DNA from: an uncultured Bacteroidota bacterium
Lineage (GTDB): Bacteria; Bacteroidota; Ignavibacteria; UBA10030; UBA6906
Assembly: GCA_963700635.1 (NCBI GenBank)
Contig: CAVOYH010000004.1
Span: forward strand, 928,001 to 992,000
Reading direction: 5' to 3'
DNA length: 64,000 nt
Each line of letters begins with the position of its first letter. The first letter of the stretch is position 1. Of the stretch, positions 49,063 to 60,731 are shown piece by piece. The notes beneath the pieces were generated by a model, which did no database searches, was not told the DNA's origin, and worked only from the letters and a program-made list of their open reading frames with translations. The position numbers and the translations under genes were made by a program.

Positions 49063-50112
49063 TCAGGGCATCACATAGGTGCGCGTAAAGGTGGAGCTAA
49101 GCGCTCCATACCGTACGGTTATTGTCACGGACACCAGCGTCCCTGCAGGAGGGAGTGAGGTTCCGGGCCAGTTTATCGTGATGGTGTAGGCATTCGAAAG
49201 CTGACCGCTGATTCTCTGGTAGATCTGGACAAGCTGGGCACCGTTGGGAGCATAGAAATAGAAACCACCCGTGCTGTCTGCGATCTGGACAAGGTCCCGC
49301 TCAGGCCCGCCGAGATATCCGCCGGGAGGGGTCGTGTGATACACACTGTCAAGCAGGCCGATCGTGTACACCGGGATCGCATGCCTACGGGATGCACGGA
49401 AGATGGAGTCGCGCGGGACATTCGAATCATTCTCGCCTCCATCCGTGAAGGCCACCACGGCGCGGGCATAACTCGAGGACGATTGCCCCGATGCGTCCAG
49501 GATCCCGCGGACGATGGAACTGTAGAGAGCCGTGAAGCTCCGGTCAAACGAGAGAGTGTCAGCCGCTCGCGTGAGCAGAGTCTTATCGGAAGTGAAGGGC
49601 TGGACAACGCTGATCGAACTCAGCGAGCCGAACTTGATAATCTCTGCCCGATCCTGCGTCCCCATTGCTGTCACAAACGTCTTCACAGCGGTCTCCATAT
49701 CCTTGATCCGCTGATACCGCTGTGACACCGGGTCAACCGGGCCGACATACATACTGCCGCTGTAATCCATGGTCATAGCAACGGCGATGTTCTTTCCGGA
49801 TTGTGAGAGTGTCTGGAGCAGGATAGCGCCGGTGACGGAGTCCATGGCCGTAACCTTCGCCGTTCCCCATTTCATGGTTGCCGTCACATTTGACGCCGTC
49901 AGACCGGTAACAGGAGTGCCGGTCTGGTCACTAACAAACATCGTCCCCTGGGCCTGGGTTCTGGACGTTGGAGCCAGTGATCCGTTTGCAGTAATGACAG
50001 TTGCTGCTCCCGGATCTGTTGAACTGTCTTCATCCTTTTTGCATCCCGTAATCGTGATGAGCAGGCTTACTGCAAGGACAAGTAGGACGTATGGCAAAGG
50101 GTGTTTTTTCAT
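49063..50112 (-). CDS. von Willebrand factor A domain lipoprotein
   Basis: Lipobox ITGC; MIDAS DYSGS, TALY, FTDG, VYTIG and TGG.F; GGAGG RBS. Confidence 0.88.
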   Translation of the reverse strand: MKKHPLPYVLLVLAVSLLITITGCKKDEDSSTDPGAATVITANGSLAPTSRTQAQGTMFVSDQTGTPVTGLTASNVTATMKWGTAKVTAMDSVTGAILLQTLSQSGKNIAVAMTMDYSGSMYVGPVDPVSQRYQRIKDMETAVKTFVTAMGTQDRAEIIKFGSLSSISVVQPFTSDKTLLTRAADTLSFDRSFTALYSSIVRGILDASGQSSSSYARAVVAFTDGGENDSNVPRDSIFRASRRHAIPVYTIGLLDSVYHTTPPGGYLGGPERDLVQIADSTGGFYFYAPNGAQLVQIYQRISGQLSNAYTITINWPGTSLPPAGTLVSVTITVRYGALSSTFTRTYVMP

Positions 50113-50491
50113 AGTTATCGCCTCCGTAAGGATAGATGTGAGAGATCGTGGGCCTTTCCCCCCGCAAAACGGGTTCCACTTGCATTCACAATCATAATGC
50201 CACAATCTTCGTGGCATTATTCGTTCCTCAGAGTTAAGGGTACTCTAAATATCGGGAATGTCAAGGATAATATTGAACATACGGGCATCATCGGCCACCG
50301 CCACAAGGATTGACCGGGAGCCCTCGCTTCGCGGACCCCACGCTGCCGCCGTGCGCTCCCCCCTAAAGGGCCGATCCTTGCATTCCTGGACAGTTTTCCC
50401 TATTATTGAAAATATCGAACTTCTTTCTCAATCCCTTCACGACTTGCACTCCGTCTATCCTCAACCCGCGCTTCAGGAGGCGCACACATTC

Positions 50492-51709
50492 ATGAGCATC
50501 AGTCAACTGGCACGGTCTATCGCCGAGAGCCCCACTCTTGCCCTTAATGAGCAGGCGCGATTGCTGCGCGAGCGAGGTGAGGCGGTCATCCACCTCGGTG
50601 CCGGGGAACCGAAAAACCGGGCGCCCATCAACGCAATTCTGAGCTCCGCCGCAAAGCTGAACACAGGCGATATCAAATACACGCCAACCGAAGGTATCCC
50701 CTCGCTCAGAAAAGCCATCATCCGCTATACCGAAGAGAATTACGACCGCATGGTCGCGATCGAGAACGTCTTCGTCTCCGGCGGAGCAAAACAGGCTCTC
50801 TTTAACCTGCTTTTTACCCTCATAAATCCCCAGGAGGAGGTTATTGTCCTCGCTCCATACTGGGTCAGCTACCCTGAGATGATCAAGATGGTGTACGGCG
50901 TGCCGGTGATCGTCACACCGGAGGACGGGAGTTTTGTTCCGCGTATGCAGGAAATCGAAAAGGCGGTGAGCTCCTACACCAAAGCCATCATCGTAAACAG
51001 CCCGAATAATCCTTCGGGCGTCATGTACGGACCCGAACTGATTTCCCAGCTGGTGGAGTTCTGCGAGCGCAAGGGTATCTATCTGATCATGGATGATATC
51101 TACCACAAGCTCGTGTTCGACGGGAAACGGACGTCGTCACCCTATGCATTCACTGCGAAAGACGTCGAGTCAACCCGGGTGATTTCCATCAACGGCATTT
51201 CAAAGCTCTACGGTATGACGGGATTTCGTATCGGCTGGATCATCGCCCCGCGCAAGATCGTGGAAATTATGACCAATGTGCAGGCGCAGACAACATCGTG
51301 TACGTCCGTCATTCTGCAGGCTGCGGCGGAGGGGGCCTTGACGGGACTCCAGAGCGTGGTGGACACACTCCGGTTGACACTGGAGAATAACCGCAACGTG
51401 ATGCTGCAGGAACTCCGCGCGTTTTCCGGCATACACATCACGCCTCCGGACGGAACGTACTACTGTCTGCCGGATTTTAGAGCCTACAACAAAAACTCCG
51501 TCGAACTTTCCCAGTTTCTCCTGAAGAAGGCGCTTGTCGTCGCTGTTCCGGGAAAAGAATTCGGCATGGAAGGGTATCTGCGATTGAGTTATGCCACCAC
51601 GGTCAAGGATATCAAAGTCGGTGTTGAACGTATAAAATGGGCACTGGACCCTGACGCTCCGAATGAGATCTACATCGGCGAACGAAAACTGACACGGGAC
51701 TGGCTATGA
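50492..51709 (+). CDS. PLP-dependent class I/II (aspartate-type) aminotransferase
   Basis: GEP, GAKQAL, PYWVSY, NSPNNPSG, DDIY and SKLYGMTGFRIG; AGGAGG RBS. Confidence 0.93.
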   Translation: MSISQLARSIAESPTLALNEQARLLRERGEAVIHLGAGEPKNRAPINAILSSAAKLNTGDIKYTPTEGIPSLRKAIIRYTEENYDRMVAIENVFVSGGAKQALFNLLFTLINPQEEVIVLAPYWVSYPEMIKMVYGVPVIVTPEDGSFVPRMQEIEKAVSSYTKAIIVNSPNNPSGVMYGPELISQLVEFCERKGIYLIMDDIYHKLVFDGKRTSSPYAFTAKDVESTRVISINGISKLYGMTGFRIGWIIAPRKIVEIMTNVQAQTTSCTSVILQAAAEGALTGLQSVVDTLRLTLENNRNVMLQELRAFSGIHITPPDGTYYCLPDFRAYNKNSVELSQFLLKKALVVAVPGKEFGMEGYLRLSYATTVKDIKVGVERIKWALDPDAPNEIYIGERKLTRDWL

Positions 51710-53347
51710 ATAATCTCCTCGATATCAAGACTCCGGCTCAGGGTGAAGCAGGTGCCGCAAAAAGTGACTTCGGCCTGGAGAATCATGGTCTGACAAATCT
51801 CCGGATGGCGTACTGGAATCTGCCGACGGAGGCGCTCTACGAAGAGATCACGTTCCGCCGGGAGGCGCGGATATCCCGCAACGGTCCGATTATCGTTAAT
51901 ACCGGAAAACATACGGCCCGTTCGGCCAACGACAAGTTTGTCGTCAAGGAATCGACCACCGAAGAGCACATCTGGTGGGGTGAGTACAACCGGCCGTACC
52001 ATCCGGAGAAATTTAACGATCTCGTCAATCGGCTTCAGGGATTTCTCCAGGGCCGGGACATCTTCATCCAGGATTGTTATGCCGGCGCCGACCCTGCGTA
52101 CCGTATGCCCATCCGGATAATCACCGAGTATGCATGGCACAGCCATTTTGCCCGGAACATGTTCCTGATACCCGCGACAAACGAAGAACTCCGCCGCCAT
52201 GTTCCAGAGTTCACCGTCATTGCAGTCCCGTCGTTCAAGGGCATCCCCCAGATTGACGCGACAGCCACAAATACATTCATCGTGATCAACTTCTGCCCAG
52301 AAACTCTGCATCATCGGCAACACGGGATACGGTGGAGAGATCAAGAAATCCATATTCACCATCCTGAACTATCTCCTCCCGCTCCAGAACGTGATGCCCA
52401 TGCATTGTTCCGCAAACATCGGCAAGGCAGGCGACACCGCCCTCTTCTTCGGACTTTCGGGGACCGGCAAGACCACGCTGTCAGCCGACCCGTTGCGACA
52501 ACTTATCGGTGATGATGAGCATGGTTGGAGTGACGACGGGATCTTCAATTTTGAGGGTGGGTGCTACGCCAAGGTTATCCAGCTCTCCCCCACCGCGGAA
52601 CCGGAAATTCACGCCTGCACCGGACGGTTCGGCACTATTCTGGAAAATGTCGCCTACGATCCTGTGACACGGATGATCGATCTGGATGATGACAGCATCA
52701 CGGAGAATACACGCGCGTCGTATCCTCTGGAATTCATCGGCAACGCGGTCCCGGAAAAGATGGGAGGCCATCCCCGTAACATCATCCTGTTGACCTGTGA
52801 TGCCTCGGGCGTGATGCCCCCCATCGCACGCCTTACACCCGATCAGGCTTTGTACCAGTTTATCTCGGGATACACATCGAAGATCGCCGGCACAGAGGTT
52901 GGTTTGAGCAAGGAACCTGAGATGACGTTCAGCACCTGTTTTGGTGCTCCGTTTATGGTCCACCGCCCCGCGTTCTATGCAGACCTGCTGAAACGAAAGA
53001 TTCTGAAACATAACGTCCATTGCTGGCTGGTCAACACGGGCTGGATTGGCGGGCCGTACGGTGTCGGAAAGCGGATCAGCATACGCTATACGCGCGCACT
53101 CCTGAATGCCGCTCTGGATGGGAAATTGCTTGCAGTACCGTCTAAGATAGATCCGGTCTTCGGGTTTGCGGTGCCGCAGGAGTGTGAGGGTGTCCCGGCG
53201 ACGATCCTCAATCCGGCCGAGTCATGGCCCGACCAGAAGTACTATGCGCAGAAATACCGTGAACTTGCTGCGCGGTTCATCGAAAATTTCAAGAAATATG
53301 AAGAGGGATGTCCGGCCGAAGTGCGCGCAGCCGGCCCTAAGCGTTAA
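51706..53347 (+). CDS. pckA: Phosphoenolpyruvate carboxykinase (ATP), split by a 1-nt frameshift near 52293
   Basis: TG..T.RS..DKF, YGGEIKK (shifted frame), [25 protein letters not shown] and NFEGGCYAK. Confidence 0.95.
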
Positions 53348-53353
53348 CAGCCG

Positions 53354-54827
53354 TCATCGTCTTTTTGAGCCACCCAGAATTGACCCCAGAACACCGCGGA
53401 TCAATTCGCGGCCAATCACGGTACTCGCGGCCCGGAGTGCGCTCTTCGCCATTGAGGTAACTATACTATCAGACTGGCGCCCCCGTGGGCCGGGATGCCG
53501 GCGCCGGATCCGGGGTGTTCTGCGGCAGCTCTTTCACCGGTTCCGCAAGGCGTGACTCCAGCTTCTCATACGCGGATTCCCGGTCAACAAGCTTCTCATA
53601 GTGTCCGAACAACACCGACTCCCGGATAATCTGCGCCCGCGCATCCGGCGTAATCGGGCCGATCTGACTGTGGGGAGGGCGAACGAGCGCACGCTCCACA
53701 ACGCTGGGGGCCCCCTTCGGATCGAGAAAGGATACCAGGGCTTCCCCGACGCCCAGTTCGGTAATGACCTTCTCAACATCAATCGCCGGATTTTCCCGGA
53801 ATGTTTCCGCCGCAGCCCTGACGGCTTTTTGATCCCTCGGGGTGAATGCGCGAAGGGCATGCTGCACGCGATTTCCGAGTTGTCCCAGAACGATGTCAGG
53901 AATATCTCTCGGGTTCTGGCTGATAAAGTAGACGCCCACACCTTTTGACCGGACGAGCCGGACCACCTGTTCGATTTTTGTGAGAAGGGCCTTCGGTGCG
54001 TCATCAAAGAGGAGATGCGCCTCGTCGAAGAAGAATACCAGCCGTGGCTTTTCCCGATCCCCCACTTCTGGCAGCCGTTCAAACAGCTCTGCGAGCATCC
54101 AGAGGAGGAACGTCGCATAGAGCTGCGGCGCCTGAAGAAGACGGTCGGCTGCGAGGATATTGATGACACCCTGCCCCTTATTGTCCACCTGCATCATATC
54201 GTCAAGATCGAGTGCGGGCTCACCGAAAAATGTTCCGCCCCCCTGATCCTCCAGCCCCAGCAGACCACGCTGGATGGCACCAATGCTTGCTGCCGACACG
54301 TTGCCATACGACGTCTTGATTGACGACGCGTTATTCCCGACATATTCCAGCATTGCGCGAAGGTCCTTCAGGTCCAGCAGAAGCAGTCCGTGGTCGTCGG
54401 CGATCCGGAAGGCCATTGTCAGCACGCCGGCCTGCGTGTCATTGAGGTTGAGGAGTCTCCCCAGCAGAAGCGGGCCCATTTCTGAAACGGTAGCGCGTAC
54501 CGGGTGCCCCTGCTCCCCGAACACATCCCAGAACACGACGGGGGAAGATTCAAACGTGAAATCCTCCAGCTTCATCTGCTTAATCCGCTCGGCGATCTTC
54601 GGCTTCTGGGTTCCGGGCTGACTGATTCCCGAGAGATCACCTTTTACATCGGCCATAAAGACCGGTACACCAATCCGGCTGAACTGTTCCGCGATAACCT
54701 GCAGGCTCACGGTTTTCCCGGTCCCCGTCGCACCGGCGATGAGTCCGTGGCGGTTTGCCATGGAGGGAAGGATGAATGATGAGCGTTCACCTTTGGCAAT
54801 CAGTAATGGATCGAGCGTGGCAGCCAT
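53354..54827 (-). CDS. DUF853 / HerA-like ATPase (YjgR family); C-terminus shifted near 53482
   Basis: [24 protein letters not shown] and [14 protein letters not shown]. The conserved tail [14 protein letters not shown] lies in another frame that ends at 53354. Confidence 0.92.
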
Positions 54828-54939
54828 GGGTATTCCTGTGGATGAGAAGTGGAAAGAATAATATAGAAACTGCGGGGGAGAATATCAAAATACGGAGGAG
54901 GATCACCCTGACAGAATCAGGGTGATTCCCGGGCTTCTC

Positions 54940-55530
54940 TTATTTGCGCTGTGCCAGTTCCATCAGGAGCGTGATATCCACTTCATTGCCTGCCACCAGG
55001 CCTCCTGTTTCGATAGCCTTGTTCCATTTCAGATCATAATCGAAGCGGTTCACGGAGGCGGTCGCTTTAAAACCAAGCTTCATGTTCCCCCAGGGATCCT
55101 TGACCTGTCCGGCGTATTTTGCGTCGAGGATGACAGGACGGGTAATATCGCGTATGGTCAGGTCACCGGTGATCTTGTAGGCGCCGGGCCCTGCTCTCTC
55201 GATGGACGTGCTCTTGTATGTGATCATCGGAAACTTCTCCGCATTGAAAAAGTCATCCGAACGGAGGTGCTTGTCACGCCCCTCATTCTGCGTATGTATG
55301 CTTGCAGTGTTGATCGTTGCTTCGAGTGTGCTTCCGACGAAGTCATCGTTGTTTGCCTGTTTCAGGACAACGTTGAAATCGTTAAACTGCCCCGTTACTT
55401 CCGCAATCACCAGATGCGAAACCGAAAAGGTCACCTGACTGTGGGCCGGATCATGAATCCAGACCGGCTGTGCAGAGGTGATGGAGGCAGTGAGGAGAAA
55501 AAGTACAACCGCTGTGGATATTCGGCTCAT
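54940..55530 (-). CDS. YceI family lipid/polyisoprenoid-binding protein
   Basis: Signal peptide, DPAHS, RDKHLRSDDFF, GDLTIR and DPWG. Confidence 0.93.
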   Translation of the reverse strand: MSRISTAVVLFLLTASITSAQPVWIHDPAHSQVTFSVSHLVIAEVTGQFNDFNVVLKQANNDDFVGSTLEATINTASIHTQNEGRDKHLRSDDFFNAEKFPMITYKSTSIERAGPGAYKITGDLTIRDITRPVILDAKYAGQVKDPWGNMKLGFKATASVNRFDYDLKWNKAIETGGLVAGNEVDITLLMELAQRK

Positions 55531-55728
55531 GGATCAATTCCCGTCATACATTGTGATGAGTAGTTATCTGCCCCTTAGAACGACCCGCATCGTGCTTAAG
55601 TTCCGTGGGTGGGGAATTCCGGGCGAACTCATGGTGGCATTCCGGCGTGTTCATCCCTGCCGCACGCCTGAGCGGCGTTGCATATCCGGAAGATTTTCCC
55701 GAACTTGGGTCGGCATAAGGAGCACCAG

Positions 55729-56649
55729 ATGAATATCCTCGTTACCGGCGGCGCCGGATTTATCGGCAGCCACATCGTCGAACGTTATCACAAGACCGAT
55801 ACGGTCACGGTTCTTGACAATTTCCGCTCCGGCTTCGCCGAGAATATTGCAGGATTCCGGGTTCGTTTTGTTGAAGGCAGCATTACGGATCGAAAACTTG
55901 TCGAGGATTTGATGCGCGACATGGACTACGTATTTCATCTTGCCGCGTTGGTCAGCGTTCCGGAGTCCATGGAAAAACCGGGGGAAGCGGTGGCGATCAA
56001 CGTACAGGGCACCCTGAACATCTTCGAGGCCGCCCGCGCGCGGAAGGTAAAAAAAGTGGTGGTTTCCTCCTCCGCTGCAATCTACGGGAATAACCCCGCG
56101 GTGCCTAAAGAAGAATCGATGTTGCCTGAACCGCGCAGTCCGTATGCCATCACGAAGCTGGACGATGAATACTACGGACGGATGTTTACGGAGGATTTTG
56201 GACTTCCGGTGGTTGCGTTACGATACTTCAACGTGTTCGGTCCCCGTCAGAATCCCCGATCCCAGTATGCTGCGGCAGTTCCCATCTTTATCGACCGGTG
56301 TCTGAAGGGCGAAGCTCTGGAAATCCACGGCGACGGCGAGCAGACCCGCGACTTCATTTACGTCAAGGATGTGGTCCAGGCAAATAGTCTTGCGGCAACA
56401 TCCGCTGCCACGGGCGTATACAATATTGCATGCGGACAGAGTATGAGCATCAAGGCGCTCGCAACCACGCTCAAAAGCCTGACAGGATCGGCTTCCCTCA
56501 TCACACACGCCGGGGAGCGTTCGGGCGATGTAAAACACTCACTCGCAACCACGACCCGTGCCACCAAGGCACTGGGATTTACACCCGGTTATTCTCTCGA
56601 AGCAGGGTTCGCCGAGACGATCGCCTGGATGCGTACCCGCACCGTCTAA
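55729..56649 (+). CDS. NAD-dependent epimerase/dehydratase (UDP-sugar 4-epimerase-like)
   Basis: TGGAGFIG, SSSAAIYG, YAITK, RYFNVFGP and GDGEQTRDF; AGGAG RBS. Confidence 0.93.
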   Translation: MNILVTGGAGFIGSHIVERYHKTDTVTVLDNFRSGFAENIAGFRVRFVEGSITDRKLVEDLMRDMDYVFHLAALVSVPESMEKPGEAVAINVQGTLNIFEAARARKVKKVVVSSSAAIYGNNPAVPKEESMLPEPRSPYAITKLDDEYYGRMFTEDFGLPVVALRYFNVFGPRQNPRSQYAAAVPIFIDRCLKGEALEIHGDGEQTRDFIYVKDVVQANSLAATSAATGVYNIACGQSMSIKALATTLKSLTGSASLITHAGERSGDVKHSLATTTRATKALGFTPGYSLEAGFAETIAWMRTRTV

Positions 56650-56669
56650 CCGGCACAGGGCAGCCCTTT

Positions 56670-59477
56670 TTACGAGGTTGAGACTCTGGAGCGGGGGTGC
56701 GCCGCCGGCTCCCGCCGGTCCTTCCTGCGGCGTGACACCTTGAGGATCTCACCAACAACCAGGACGAGGACCGGAACGGCACATGCCATTGCCAGGTCGC
56801 TCAGATGCAGCGGCTCCATCGAGAACGGGAGACGCAGGAAAGGCACATACACCACGGCCAGGGAAAGCAGAATTGTAATCACCATCGTCCACCGTAATGC
56901 CTCATTCTTCACTCCCCGTCTACCCGACTCCACTCCCCTCGGGAACACCCCTGCGGCATATGATTCGAGGAGGGACTTACAGTTCAGGGCGTTATAGAGC
57001 CGCGCGGCGATAAGCGCCGAAAAGAAGACAGTCATGGCATACACATGGCTGTACCCGAGCGAGAGAGCCACAAGATAGATTCCGATCGTGACAACCCCGA
57101 TGGCCGCTCCCAGCACCCCGATAAACAGATACGCTTCATGATTGAGCATCCCCTCTTTGGAATCACGCGGCTTGCGGCGCATACTTCCACCTTCAGGCGG
57201 CTCGACGCCAAGCGCGATGGCGATCAGGCCATCCATGATAAAATTGATAAACAACACCTGTACGGCGTCGAGAGGAAGGGGCAGGTTCGCCGCGAGTGCG
57301 ATCAGGAGTGCGAGCACCGTGCCCATGTTGCCGCTGAGGAGAAACACAAGATATTTCCGGATATTCTGGAATATACTTCGCCCTTCTGCAACAGCGTTCA
57401 CTATGGTTGCAAAGTTATCATCCGTAAGGATCATGGCTGATGCGCCCTTGCTTACATCCGTCCCGGTGATGCCCATCGCAATCCCGATGTCCGCCTTTTT
57501 CAGAGACGGGGCGTCATTGACTCCGTCACCGGTCATCGCGACGATATGACCCTTATTCTGAAACGCCGTGACGATACGAAGTTTATGTTCAGGAGAGATA
57601 CGCGCAAACACGTCCACGCGCCCGATCATGGACTCCAGTTCATCGTCAGTAAATCGTTCAAGTTCTTCACCTGTGACGACGCCCTGTTCGTTCTTGAGGA
57701 TCCCCAGTTCCCGCGCGACTGAGACAGCCGTCAGCCGATGATCCCCTGTGACCATCACGGGCCGGATTCCTGCCTGCTCGCACGTCCGGATGGCATCACG
57801 CACTTCCGGCCTGGGGGGATCCTGAATGCCGAAGAGACCGGCGAAAATAAGATCACGTTCTGCTTCCTCTACACCCACCGAGGTATCAATGCGTCTGTAG
57901 GCGACGGCCAGGACACGGAGGGCTGCGCCCGCCATTGTGCGGGCTTTCTCCAGCAGCAGTTGGCGCTCCTGCCCCGAAAGTTCATCTTCTCCCCTGCTGG
58001 TCGCTCTTTTCGAGCACGCCTCAAGAATGAGCTCCGGTGCGCCTTTGCTGTACGCTGTGGCCACGTCCCCCTGCCGGTGAACGGTCGTCATACGCTTCCG
58101 CTCTGACGAGAACGGAATCTCCCACTCCCGGGGCGCCAAGAGGGCCTCATGTTCGTAGTCCAACCCGGCCTTTGCACCTGCAACAAGAAACGCCGCTTCC
58201 GTAGGGTCTCCAAGGACCTCCCAAACACCTGCATCGCTCTTGCGTACTCTCGCGTCGTTACAGAGGATCGACACAGTGAGCGCCCGTAAAAGGACGGGAT
58301 GGTCGCCGGGATGTACGGCCTGACCATCCACAAGGAACTGCCCCACGGGCGCGAATCCGGCTCCCGTCACTTCATACGTCAGATCGGCAGTGACGACCTT
58401 CCGCACCGTCATTTCATTCTGTGTTAACGTCCCGGTCTTGTCGGAACAGATCACCGTCGTTGCACCCAGTGTCTCGACTGCTGGGAGGCGGCGGATGAGA
58501 GCGTGACGGGCAGCGATGCGGCGTACACCAAGGGCAAGCGTAATCGTTACGACCGCCGGCAGCGCTTCAGGAATAACTGCCACTGCCAGCGCAACACCCC
58601 AGACAAACATTTCGTACAGCGCATAACCCCGGAAGATGCCGAACAGACTCATGGCTGCGGCGAGAGAAATCGCGAAGAACCCGAGCGTCTTGCCGAGTCT
58701 GTCCAGGGCGGACTGAAGGGGCGTTCTGCGCTCCTCGGTGTCTTTCAGCAGGACGGCAATCTTTCCGAACTCTGTGCTGGTGCCTGTGCCGACCACAACC
58801 GACTTTCCCCTCCCTCCCTGGACCGTGGTGCCCGCATAAACCATATTCAACCGGTCGCCGATGGCGAGCTGCTGGTTTGCCAGTGGGGATGTGTTCTTTT
58901 CCACCGCCATAGATTCGCCGGTGATGATGGACTCGTCAACCTTGAGGTTCACAGCCTCGAACAGGCGTCCGTCAGCGGGAACAAGATCACCTGTTTTGAG
59001 CAGGACCACATCCCCCGGCACGAGTTCACGTGATACAATCACCATCTCCCGCCCATCCCTGTACACGGTGGCCAGCGGTGCTGCAAGCTGTTTTAGTGCC
59101 TCAAGGGCCTGCTCCGCCTTGTTCTCCTGGATAAATCCGACAACGCCCGCAAGAATCACAATGACGACAATCGCGACTGCTTCAACGGTTTCCCCCATCG
59201 CGGCGGAGATTCCTGCAGCGATTATCAGAATCAGGATGAGCAGACTTCCAAACTGTTTGAGAAAGAGCATGAGGCGGGACTGTCGGGCAGCGTGCGGAAG
59301 TTCATTCCAGCCAAACGTAGAGATTGCTTTTCTTGCATCCTCCCCTGTAAGGCCTTTAACCGAGCTGTGTAATGTGGCGAAGAGATCCTCCACAGGGTCC
59401 GCATGCCAGACCTTCGGGCGGGCCGTCATTACATCTGTATCCTGTTGAGCGATGTGAGGGTTGGGATGTGGGGACAT
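56670..59477 (-). CDS. Cation (Ca2+)-transporting P-type ATPase, type IIA
   Basis: TGES, IPEALP, DKTGT, KGAPE, DPPR, MVTGD and TGDGVND. Confidence 0.95.
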   Translation of the reverse strand: MSPHPNPHIAQQDTDVMTARPKVWHADPVEDLFATLHSSVKGLTGEDARKAISTFGWNELPHAARQSRLMLFLKQFGSLLILILIIAAGISAAMGETVEAVAIVVIVILAGVVGFIQENKAEQALEALKQLAAPLATVYRDGREMVIVSRELVPGDVVLLKTGDLVPADGRLFEAVNLKVDESIITGESMAVEKNTSPLANQQLAIGDRLNMVYAGTTVQGGRGKSVVVGTGTSTEFGKIAVLLKDTEERRTPLQSALDRLGKTLGFFAISLAAAMSLFGIFRGYALYEMFVWGVALAVAVIPEALPAVVTITLALGVRRIAARHALIRRLPAVETLGATTVICSDKTGTLTQNEMTVRKVVTADLTYEVTGAGFAPVGQFLVDGQAVHPGDHPVLLRALTVSILCNDARVRKSDAGVWEVLGDPTEAAFLVAGAKAGLDYEHEALLAPREWEIPFSSERKRMTTVHRQGDVATAYSKGAPELILEACSKRATSRGEDELSGQERQLLLEKARTMAGAALRVLAVAYRRIDTSVGVEEAERDLIFAGLFGIQDPPRPEVRDAIRTCEQAGIRPVMVTGDHRLTAVSVARELGILKNEQGVVTGEELERFTDDELESMIGRVDVFARISPEHKLRIVTAFQNKGHIVAMTGDGVNDAPSLKKADIGIAMGITGTDVSKGASAMILTDDNFATIVNAVAEGRSIFQNIRKYLVFLLSGNMGTVLALLIALAANLPLPLDAVQVLFINFIMDGLIAIALGVEPPEGGSMRRKPRDSKEGMLNHEAYLFIGVLGAAIGVVTIGIYLVALSLGYSHVYAMTVFFSALIAARLYNALNCKSLLESYAAGVFPRGVESGRRGVKNEALRWTMVITILLSLAVVYVPFLRLPFSMEPLHLSDLAMACAVPVLVLVVGEILKVSRRRKDRREPAAHPRSRVSTS

Positions 59478-59572
59478 GAGCAGTGGTTCTCTTCAAAAGG
59501 TACGGGAGCGTTCAGAATTGGTACGACCAGCGTCCGCAGGCCCCTCTCATGCCTGCACAAATACGCCAGGGG

Positions 59573-60430
59573 CTAGGGCTGTGCGCCGGACGCCAGGGTC
59601 TCAAGGCGTGCGATACGATCTTCCAGAGGTGGATGCGTGCTGAAGAGCTTCTTGAGACCGCCTCCGCTCAACGGATTGACGATGAACATATGGGCGGTCG
59701 AGGGGGAGGCATTCATCGGGATCTGCTGGGCCCGTGTATGAAGCTTCCGGAGCGCATTCGCAAGCGAGAGCGGAGTGCCGGACATTTTTGCGCCCCCTTC
59801 ATCGGCCAGGAACTCGCGTGACCGGGAAATGGCCATCTGGATCAGCATTGCGGCGATAGGTGCGACGATGATCATCACCAGACCCGCAAGAGGGTTCCCT
59901 CTCTCCCGATCATCACCACCCCGCATTCCCCCAAAAATCATCGACCATTGTGCCATCTGTGCGAGCATGCTGATCGCACCGGCCATCGTTGCAGCAACGG
60001 TTCCGATGAGGATATCACGATGCTTGACGTGCGCCAATTCATGGGCGATCACCCCCCGCAATTCGTCTTTGGAGAGAAGCCGCGTGATCCCTTCGGTGAC
60101 AGCAACCGCAGCGTGCTCCGGATTTCGTCCGGTCGCAAAAGCATTAGGCTGATCCCCGCGGATCATGTACAACCGCGGCATGGGAATCCCGCCGCGTGTA
60201 GCAAGTTCCTGGGTCATTTGAAACAGCTCCGGCGCCTCCGATTGTGTGAGCTCCTGCCCCTTGTACATTCTGAGCACAATCTTGTCACTGAACCAATAGG
60301 AGCCAAAATTCATGACCATGGCAACGCCGAAGGCCAGGAACATGCCATTTTGACCGCCCAGCAAATTTCCCACAAACACCACCAGCGCCGTCATCACGGC
60401 CATCAGCATAAAGGTTTTTGTCGTATTCAT
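59573..60430 (-). CDS. htpX: Membrane zinc metalloprotease HtpX
   Basis: [22 protein letters not shown] and FSTHP. Confidence 0.95.
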   Translation of the reverse strand: MNTTKTFMLMAVMTALVVFVGNLLGGQNGMFLAFGVAMVMNFGSYWFSDKIVLRMYKGQELTQSEAPELFQMTQELATRGGIPMPRLYMIRGDQPNAFATGRNPEHAAVAVTEGITRLLSKDELRGVIAHELAHVKHRDILIGTVAATMAGAISMLAQMAQWSMIFGGMRGGDDRERGNPLAGLVMIIVAPIAAMLIQMAISRSREFLADEGGAKMSGTPLSLANALRKLHTRAQQIPMNASPSTAHMFIVNPLSGGGLKKLFSTHPPLEDRIARLETLASGAQP

Positions 60431-60731
60431 CGTAACTCTTCTCCTGATACTCCCTATTCTTCACTACACCGAAGGTTCTGGAATTTCGATCGTTTTAACC
60501 CGCCGTTACAACATCCTACAACGGTGTGAAGTTCGCCAGCTGACCCCTATCGTTCGTATTTCCCCGCAATGTGATGAAAGGTACATGTCTCCGCTCACGA
60601 AAGCAAGGACCAGGATCCGTCGGGCACCTTGCTGGCTTGCTGCGACGTGTGATTCCTTGCTTCCGGTACCGGGCTGTGCTACATTAGGACAAGGAAAAAG
60701 ATTGCTGAAGTCTTTCACAGGGGTAGTACTC

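Noticed and set aside
53354-54827. HerA-type anti-phage defence system
   Set aside because: This is the common standalone DUF853/YjgR family, with no NurA or Sir2 partner beside it.
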